The notes beneath the pieces are model-generated. The model made no database searches and was not told the origin of the DNA. It saw only the letters and a list, made by a program, of their open reading frames with translations. Below are positions 55,586 to 64,000 of a DNA stretch of 64,000 nt, in pieces (position 1 is the first letter of the stretch; the number at the start of each line of letters is the position of its first letter). The position numbers and the translations under genes were made by a program. The stretch spans positions 85,870,001 through 85,934,000 of the forward strand of contig OZ024743.1 in assembly GCA_964016885.1 (NCBI GenBank), read 5' to 3'. This stretch comes from Eledone cirrhosa (lineage: Eukaryota).

Positions 55586-55645
55586 TCACAGATCCCACTG
55601 CTCAATCTTTAATTTATTTAAAAGATCACACACACACACACATTT

Positions 55646-56725
55646 ATCATCATCATCATAAGTCCACTTTTCCCTGCTTGCAAGGGTGGGACGGGTCCTA
55701 TTCAGCACAGCATCCCTCCACTTGTCACGGTCATTCATCATCTTCACCGAGAGCTTCAGAGATCTGAGGTCTGCTCTCACTACCTCCGTCCATGTTTTTC
55801 GTGGTCTTTCGCTACTACGTCTTCCTTCACCAGGCATTTCTTGGCCCAGCGGTCATCCTTCATGCGAATCACATGTCCATACCATCACAGTCTTCTCTCC
55901 TGCACACTACAACTTATACCTTTCAAACACAGTTTCTCTCTCAACACATCCATGCTCAGTCGTTCACGCACATTGACATTGCACATCCAACGGAGCATAC
56001 TTGCCTCATTTCTCTCCAGCTGTTGCATATCCTCTGCAGTTGCTGCTCATGTCTCACTACCATGCAGCATCGCGCACCTCACACAGGCATCATATAACTG
56101 GCCTTTCGTACGCAGGGAGAAACCCTTCTTCGTCAGCAGAGGAAGCAGCTCCCTAAACTTCTTCCAACCCGTCCTTATTCTAGATTCTATGGCCTCGGAA
56201 CTCCCCCCCCCCCCTCCCATGCTAATCTGATCACCTAGGCACCGGAAGCTATCAACCACTTCTATAGAACCCACCTGCATTGGAAAAATGTGTATCAATG
56301 CGACTTCTACTGTCAAATTTCCCTGTACATCTACTGCATACATAGTTTTCCTTAACTGTTAGTTTGCCTGCTATCCCACTACATCTCTTGTGTACCCAAG
56401 ATCTGCTTTGTGTATATTTTATAGAATTTATGCCAGTTATTTTTCTGCATATCAAACATGGCCATTTCCCTGACGGAATCAGAGTTTTGTCCTTTTTTCT
56501 ACTCAACACTTTTGTCTTAGCTAGGTTCACTCCCAGTCCTCTTAATTCCAACTGCTGTTTCCATAGCCAGAATTTATTCTCTAGCTCCTCTACTGATTCT
56601 GCTATAAGAACCAGATTGTCAGCATAGAGAAGTTCCCATGGACAGCCAGTCTTAACTCCTCTGTTATGGCTTGGAGGACTATAATGAACAAGAGCGGGCT
56701 GAGGACCGAACCCTGATGTACTCCT
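55646..56725 (-). mobile_element. 5'-truncated degenerate RTE LINE
   Basis: Same family as 30883-32356, frameshifted; (GAT)n tail. Confidence 0.9.
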
Positions 56726-56917
56726 ATGTGTATTTGTTTATATATATATATAAACAAATAGTAGAAAGGAAAAAGATTCTTTCAGTAGAAAATGTTGAAG
56801 AGATTTTTTCAGCGAGATATCAAAACATTAATTTATTTACAATACCGGTTTCAGCATTATATGAATTGTCAATTGCGGATATGCAGAATATTGTTAAGTT
56901 GCATATTTGTACAAATA

Positions 56918-57191
56918 TCTATATATTAATACGCTTATACTTATGTACCGTACGTCACGCTGTCAGTAAAACAATGGAAGTGGGGTGGTAAACAATCTAC
57001 GACAATCTATGGCCAAAGTAAATCAAAGAGTGTTGCAATGTTTGGAAAAGGGAGAGAGAGGGGGTTATAATATAGAGAAAGGGATGCGTTATATATATAT
57101 AGAGAGCGAGAGGGAGGGTTATACTATATTTAAAGAGAGGGGTTTATAATATAGAGAAAGGGATGGGTTATAATATAAAGAGAGGGGGTTA

Positions 57192-57222
<31 letters not shown>

Positions 57223-57347
57223 GGTGGTTTTAATAGAGAAAGGGATTGGTTTATATATAGAGAGAGGGGGTTTTAATATATTTAGAGAGAGGGGTTATAA
57301 TATAGAGAGAGGGGATTATCCGTGAATTTTTTCACGAGTCCAGCTAG
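56918..57347 (+). mobile_element. Small non-autonomous Helitron with an internal GA/TA minisatellite
   Basis: A|TCTATATATT 5' end; perfect hairpin CGTGAA-TTTT-TTCACG (57321-57336), then CTAG|T. Confidence 0.75.
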
Positions 57348-57352
57348 TAGTA

Positions 57353-57640
57353 TCATCATATCATTTTTACGTCCGCTTTTCCCTGCTTGCAAGGGTGGGA
57401 CGGGAACTGATTCTGGCTTGATTTCTACAGCTGGATGCCCTTCCTAACACCAACCTCATTTACAGTGAGTGCTGGGTGCTTTTTTGCCGTGGAATGATAT
57501 AGACCCCAGTCCCTATCATCTCATTTCTACAGCTGAGTAAATTGGAGCAATGTGAAATAAAGTGTCTTGCTCAAGGAAACAACATCACAACCTTTCGATT
57601 GCAAGGCCAATGCTCTAACCACTAAGCCATGTGCCTCCAT
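57353..57640 (-). mobile_element. Composite tRNA/CORE-like/RTE SINE (same family as 21606-21940)
   Basis: Colinear with 21606-21940 apart from two short deletions. Confidence 0.78.
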
Positions 57641-57656
57641 AGTGATAATAATAATG

Positions 57657-58812
57657 TTATAGGATACTTGGAAATCACCCTCTACCAAAAAGTACTAGAT
57701 AAATACGGAAACCCCTTCTACCTCCACATAGAAAAAAACTGGAAGAGATATCTGGATGAAGCAATCATCCTCTGGCATGAAAGTATAAAAAGAGTTATTG
57801 AATTTAAAACACTTCTAAATGGACTCAACACAAACATTCAATTTACAATGGAATACAGCCATGAATAACTTCCTTTCCTCGACATCCTTATCAAGAAAAC
57901 CAACAACAAAATAGAAACAGACATATACTATAAACCCACAGACTCCAAACAGTATCTTCCATTCAACTCATGCCACCCTAGACACACCAAAATGAGCATT
58001 CCTTACAACCTAGCCAAAAGGATCTGCACAATAGTATCTTACAAATACACATGCTACATACGACTAGAAGAATTAAAGTACACATTTATTAGCAGGAATT
58101 ACCCACCATCCCTAATCAACAATGGATTCGAACGTGCCCTAAAACTCAACATCCAGGAACTTAGACACCCCAAACCAAGGAACGAATCAAAACTGAAGAC
58201 TCTACCATACATCTCCACACACAACCCCCTTAACAATGAGGCATTCAACACCATCCTCCAGAACATACCCTTACTAAAAAGAGACCTAAGAATGAATCAC
58301 ATACTCCAAACGCACAATATCATAAGGAGCAAAAGACAACCGAAATCAATAAAGAACATCCTTACACAGGCCAAAGTCCAGCTGGCCCTCACAATGAACC
58401 CTTCAGTAAAAACTGCGGAAGACCCAACTGTGGTATATGCACCAATCTAATAGAGGGATCGGAGTTCCACTTCAAACAAGGACAAGACTTTACAGTTAAA
58501 TACAATTTCACATGTGCATCAGAAAACCCGATCTGTGTGTTGACCTGCTCAAGTTGTCGAGAGCACTACATAGGACAGACCAAAAACATACTTCGACAAC
58601 GCATGACCGTCCATAGATCCCAAATCAAAATACGGGAATACAGAAAGATAGCACTGAGTGAACACATTGCGACCTGCGCATCTAATCAACAACCCAATTA
58701 AAAAAGTTTTCATATCTACAAATTTAAAGACAACGCTTCCTACATCCAGCGCAAGGAATCACAATTTATCGCCAAATACGAACCCCTTCTAAATGCTTTC
58801 ACTTCAGACTAA
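57657..58812 (+). mobile_element. 5'-truncated Penelope-like element (RT C-terminus and GIY-YIG endonuclease), degenerate
   Basis: WKRYLDE, IQFTME, LPFLDI, YYKPTDSKQYL.FNSCHP, then CGRPNCG.C, FTCASEN..C.LTC..C.EHYIGQT..LRQRMTVH. Confidence 0.88.
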
Positions 58813-59859
58813 ACTAAAGCTGGCACACTTTAAAATTAACACTCTAGACAAATTAACCCTTTAGCAATGTATCCTCTTTAAGATACCAACAACCTCTGAC
58901 AACTATATAATGCAGACCAAGTAACCACATAGAAACACCCAAATCAGCTAGCCCTGGAGGACTTCCATGAGGATAATCGGATAAATGGAAGCATTCAGGT
59001 GTCAAACTAAATGCTTTACATTCCCCTGAATCTGGAAGTTTCTGCTGAAGATAGAATGGGCATTCCAGTGGCTCTGAACCCATTTTTGTGGCAAAATTTT
59101 CTCCATTCCCCTAGATCTGAAATTTCTGCTAGAGATGGAATTAGTATCTCAATAATTCTTAATCTTCTTTGTGGTAACCCCCCCCCCCCAAAAAAAAACA
59201 AGGTCAATGTTGATTTCTTCTAAGAAAAAATACCAAGCTAGATATTTTTAGAAGCAATCAACCCCCCCCCCCCAACCCCTGGTCAACTCTAAGGTCACCT
59301 GGCCTTTTCAAACCAATGGAACTTGTATCCACTCCTCAAAGGGTCTCTCACAGCAGTCTGCCAACACAACTATCCCCTACCTCCTCCTCCTCTCCCCTCC
59401 TATTACCAGTCACAACCAAGCTATAAGCAGAGAAGGATGGACAGAGAAATGAACTCTCTTTGAATGATCATGTATGTGAAAATTAATTTTTCTTCCCCTT
59501 TTTATTATTATTATTATTATTATTATGCAACTTACAATGTATATAATGCTGAAACCGGTATTGGAAATAAATTAATGTTTTGATATCTCACTGAAAACAT
59601 CTCTTCCACATTTTCTACCGAAAGAATCTTTTTCCTTTCTACTATTTGTTTTTATATATATCAACTCGTGTGTTACTTTTCTACATTCGGTATATATATA
59701 TATATATATATGTTGATATAAATTTGTACGTATAACCATTTTTCATTCTCATTTCCCTCCCACCGACCCATCTCCACTACCTTCGGTATACATGCCCGAC
59801 GCTGTATGATAACCACTCCCTCGTGAATATATCATCGAACAGACAAGGAGCGGACGGAG

Positions 59860-62800
59860 GCTCCGTAAACTGTAGTGTAGGTAACCCATCTAGGAGAGCT
59901 ACCACTCTGAATAAATTGGTGCGGGGTAGAGAAGTCCCCTAAGTCCAGTAAGACAACTTCCCTAGTGCTGCTGGCACGAATAAAAGCACCCAGTCCATGC
60001 TGTAAAATGGAGGGGTGGATAGGGTCCCTGAGTCCAGTAAGATAACCTCTCTAGTGCTGGTGGCATGAATAAAAGCACCTAGTCCATGCTGTAAAATGGA
60101 GGAGCAAAGAAGGCCCCTAAGTCCAGTAAGACAACCTCTCTAGTGCTGCTGGCATGAATAAAAGCACCCAGTCCATGCTATAAAGTGGTGATGGTGTTAG
60201 GAAGGGCATCCAACCAGTATATATACTACTGCCAAAAACTATGAGCACAACGAATGATATTTGCAACAACTGCATAAACAGCAATAAGACTAACCATGTT
60301 AGGGCTGCGCATGGTCGTGGGGTAGCTGGTGAGGCCATTTGTGAGAACCCCACGACCGTCATCAAGCAATCGCACAACAGGAAAAAGAATGAGACGGGCA
60401 TCTCAGAGTTGCCACTAACAGGTAGATCTGGTGAGATAGTGGAGATGTTGGAGAGAAGGCATGTGGATGTGTGCAAGAGGTGAGAAGGAGATGTGTCTCT
60501 GCAAACATCTTAGTTATAAGCTTTTCTGGGTTGGTAATGATGATAGGTTAGGGGGAGTAGGCATATTATTGGCTGAGAGATGGATTAAGCTTAGATTAGT
60601 TGTAGGCAAGAGACTACTGACAATCATCTCTGCCTATGCTCCCCAGGCAGGCCTAAGTAAAGAAGAGAAAGACTGCTTTTACGAGAAACTTTTACAAACA
60701 GCCTCAATGACAGAGGACAGAGACATCATTATGCTAGCAGGGGACTTCAATGGTCATGTTGGACAGCTCCAGGATGGATACACTGGGGTACATGGTGGGC
60801 ATTGGTTATGGCTCAAGAAATGAAGAAGGAGTGAGGCTTCTTGAATTTTGTGATACAAGTGCACTAACCATTTGCAACACTAACTTCCAGAAACCTACCA
60901 ACCACCTAATAACCTACAAATCAGGTGAGCACATAAGTCAGATTGACTTCCTGCTAGTTAGACAGCGAAACAGACAGATGATGTCAAATACTAAGGCATA
61001 CCCCGGGGAAGAATGTACTCCACAGCATAGGTTAGTTGTTAGTGACATCTCAGTAAGCAAGAGAAAGAATGAGACATACAGGAAGGTGTGGAAAAGAAAG
61101 GTCTGGAAGCTAAAAGACCTTTCATTAAAATATAAATTTAGCAAAGCCCTTCAAGATGTGCATGACGAAAGAGAAGACGATTTAGATTTGAATGACTCAG
61201 ATGATAACTGGAATTATTTGCGTGACCTGGTGGTGGAACAGCACGGTAGATAGGGCCATTAGCGACAAAAGACTGGCATGGAAGGCTTGGAAAAATGGTG
61301 GGAGTAGAGAACGATATACAGCCACTAAGAGAGAAGCTAGACGTCAGGTGTACTCAGCACGCAGGGAGGCTGCGAGTAGGAGGTTTGCCAATGTTCTGCG
61401 ATGGGAAGATCAGAGACGTGCGGTGTTCCTCATGGCAAGGCAGTGTGTCAGTGCAAATCAGGATGTTGTTGGAGATAAGTGTGTCCGGAATGATGCCGTT
61501 GTACTTAGTGTCACAAATGATCAAAAAAAGGAGGCCTGGAAATGTCATTATGAGAGACTGCTGAATGTGGAGAACGAATGGGACAGAGAGAAATTACCCC
61601 CAGTAGACCTGACAGAAGGACCAGCTATTGAGATTGACGAATATAGGGTACAAGAGGTAATTAAGGAAATGAAGAATGGTAAGGCTGCTGGACCGTCGGG
61701 GATAGTTGCTGAGATGCTGAAGGCATCAGGGGACGTAGGCACTAAACTGGTTGCATGCATCATCAATCAAAATATATATTGTGGTGTCATATCCAAAGAC
61801 TGGTGCAGCAGTATTCTCATAAATTGCTACAAAGGTAAAGGGGATGCTCTGGAGAGGAGCAATTATAGCGGCATAAAGCTGATGGATCAGGTTATGAAAG
61901 TGGCAGAGAGAATATTAGCGCAACTGATTAGAGAAAGGGTCAACCTAGATGAGATGCAGTTTGGTTTTGTGCCTCGGAAAAGTACAACAGATGCCTTCTT
62001 CTTAGTGAGGTAACTACAAGAGAGGTTCTTAGAGAAGAATAAGCCACTATACTTAACTTTTGTTGACCTAGAGAAGGCCTTTTATGATAGGGTACCCCGA
62101 TCTGTCATCTGGTGGTCCCTAAGGAAACTAGGTGTAGAGGAATGGCTTGTGAGGACAGTGTAAGCTATGTCAGTAAAGTGAGGGTAGGAATGGAGTTTAG
62201 GGAGGAATTTCAGATACAAGTAGGTGTACATCAGGGTTCGGTCCTCAGCCTGCTCTTGTTCATTATAGTCCTCCAAGCCAAAACAAGAGTTTAAGACTGG
62301 ATGCCCATGGGAACTTCTCTATGCTGATGATCTGGTTCTTATAGCAGAATCAGTAGAGGAGCTAGAGAATAAATTCTGGCTATGGAAACAGCAGTTGGAT
62401 TCAAGAGGACTGAGAGTGAACATAGCTAAGACAAAAGTGTTAATAAGTAGAAGAGAGGACAAAACTCTGATTCCATCAGGGAAATGGCCATTTTTCGATA
62501 TGTAGGAAAGGAACTGGCATAAATTCCATAAAATGTACGCAATGCAGATCTTGGGTACACAAGAGATGTAGTGGGATAGCAGGCAAATTAACAGGTAGGG
62601 AAAACTATGGATGCAGTAGATGTACAGGGAAAGTTGGTAGTAGTAATCACAGTCAGAGACACATTTTTCCAATGCAGGTGGGTTCTATAGAAGTGGTTGA
62701 TAGCTTCCGGTACCTAGGTGATCAGATTAGCATGGGAGAGGAGGTGTTCTGAGGACATAGTATCTAGAATAAGGATGGGTTGGAAGAAATTTAGGGAGCT

Positions 62801-63308
62801 GCTGCCTCTGTTGACAAAGAAGGGCTTCTCCCTGCATATGAAAGGACAGTTATATGATGCCTGTGTGAGATCCACGATGCTGCATGGTAGTGAGACATGG
62901 GCAGCAACTGCAGAGGATATGCGATGGGTGGAGAGAAATGAAGCAAGCATGCTTCGTTGGATGTGCAATGTCAATGTATGTGAACGACCAAGCATAGACA
63001 AGTTGAGAAAGAAACTAAGTATAAGTTGTGCTGTGCAGGAGAGAAGACTGAGATGGTATGGACATGCGATGCGCATGGAGGATGACCACTGGGTAAAGAA
63101 GTGCCAAGAAATCCCAGTAAAAGGAAGACACAGTAGAGGTAGACGACGAAAAACATGGGCAGAGGTGGTGAGAGTAGACCTCAGATTGCTGACACTCACG
63201 GAGGAGATAACAAAGGACCGTGATAAGAGGAGAGATGCTGTGCTGAATAGGACCCATCCCACCCTTGCAAGCAGGGAAAAGCGGACGGAAAATGATGATG
63301 ATGATGAT
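59860..63308 (+). mobile_element. Near-full-length degenerate RTE LINE (5'UTR tandem repeats, APE endonuclease, RT with PHD-like finger, GAT tail)
   Basis: SAYAPQ, GDFNGHVG, SQIDFLL, QHRLVV, GKAAGPSG, QFGFVP; multiple stops and frameshifts; three ~89 bp 5'UTR units at 59936-60200; 5' boundary approximate. Confidence 0.9.
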
Positions 63309-63604
63309 ATATATATATACAAATATATTACACAGAGAGAAGTGTGTTACACAGTGAGATGTGTGTAAAGAATTATTACATGTGAGTTTAACTGTTACTG
63401 TATGGAAAACAACACCTACGGGTTGGCAATTAAATAGAAAGAACACTAAGTCAGAATCAACTCTCCGAAGTAGAGTTTTAAATTACCAACCTTATAACTA
63501 TAAGCTTGCTGATACGAATCTATTTCGTTTCGCCACTGAAATGTGTAGTGTAAAAGTCCACAGGGTCCTCAGTCAGCATAATATAATATATACACACACA
63601 CACA

Positions 63605-63779
63605 TTATGTTCATACACGGAACAAAAGTGCTACCCAACATTGGCCACATCTCCAGAATACAAGGGGGATTCAAATTGTGACCTATCTTCAGGCGTTTAT
63701 ATGAGTCTGTATTCTGAAGATATGGTCAATATTGGGCCTTGAAACCTTGGGTAGTGCTTTTGTACCTGTATGAACATAA
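63605..63779. repeat. ~175 bp imperfect palindrome containing a hammerhead-like core
   Basis: TTATGTTCATAC..AAAAGTGCTACCCAA..CCAGAATACA mirrored by TGTATTCTG..TTGGGTAGTGCTTTTG..GTATGAACATAA; CTGAAGA at 63714 and GAAAC at 63741. Confidence 0.7.
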
Positions 63780-64000
63780 ATAAATCAACTATAAAAATAG
63801 CCCATGTGTATTTGTCAGTTACGCACTAGAGATGACTGAGGAAGGAAGGGGTGATGACAAACTACAGAAAGCAGCGCCCAACATTCGCTACACACATTGG
63901 CTGTTATAATTACGTGAGTATTTGTGTAAATTATATTTATATATATAATATTTGTGTGAGTGTATATGTGTTTGTGTGTGTTTATTCAGAAAGATACATA

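Overview
AT-rich, repeat-dense eukaryotic DNA. The SINE/RTE families and very long (TA)/(TACA) arrays suggest an octopus or other coleoid cephalopod (inference). The only confidently identified host gene is the 3' part of a UBE3A/E6-AP HECT E3 ligase on the minus strand: 7 exons from 36185 down to 24281, all with canonical GT-AG junctions that I checked by hand, giving 336 aa in frame. The next upstream exon was not found, so 36186-64000 is probably one intron of more than 27 kb. A candidate last coding exon of a convergent plus-strand gene lies at 12269-12444. An ~8.3 kb purine/pyrimidine-alternating microsatellite block (15.4-23.7 kb) lies between the two. The rest is transposon-derived: RTE LINEs with a PHD-type finger inside the RT region, their partner SINEs, a near-full-length Tx1/L1-clade LINE nested between Helitron-like ends, a second small Helitron, two Penelope-like elements, CRE-like and Vingi-like fragments, deleted mariner and piggyBac elements with MITEs, three long hairpin elements, and an unidentified ~400 bp repeat found only inside (TA)n tracts. 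No prokaryote-type systems are present. Repeat boundaries are approximate.
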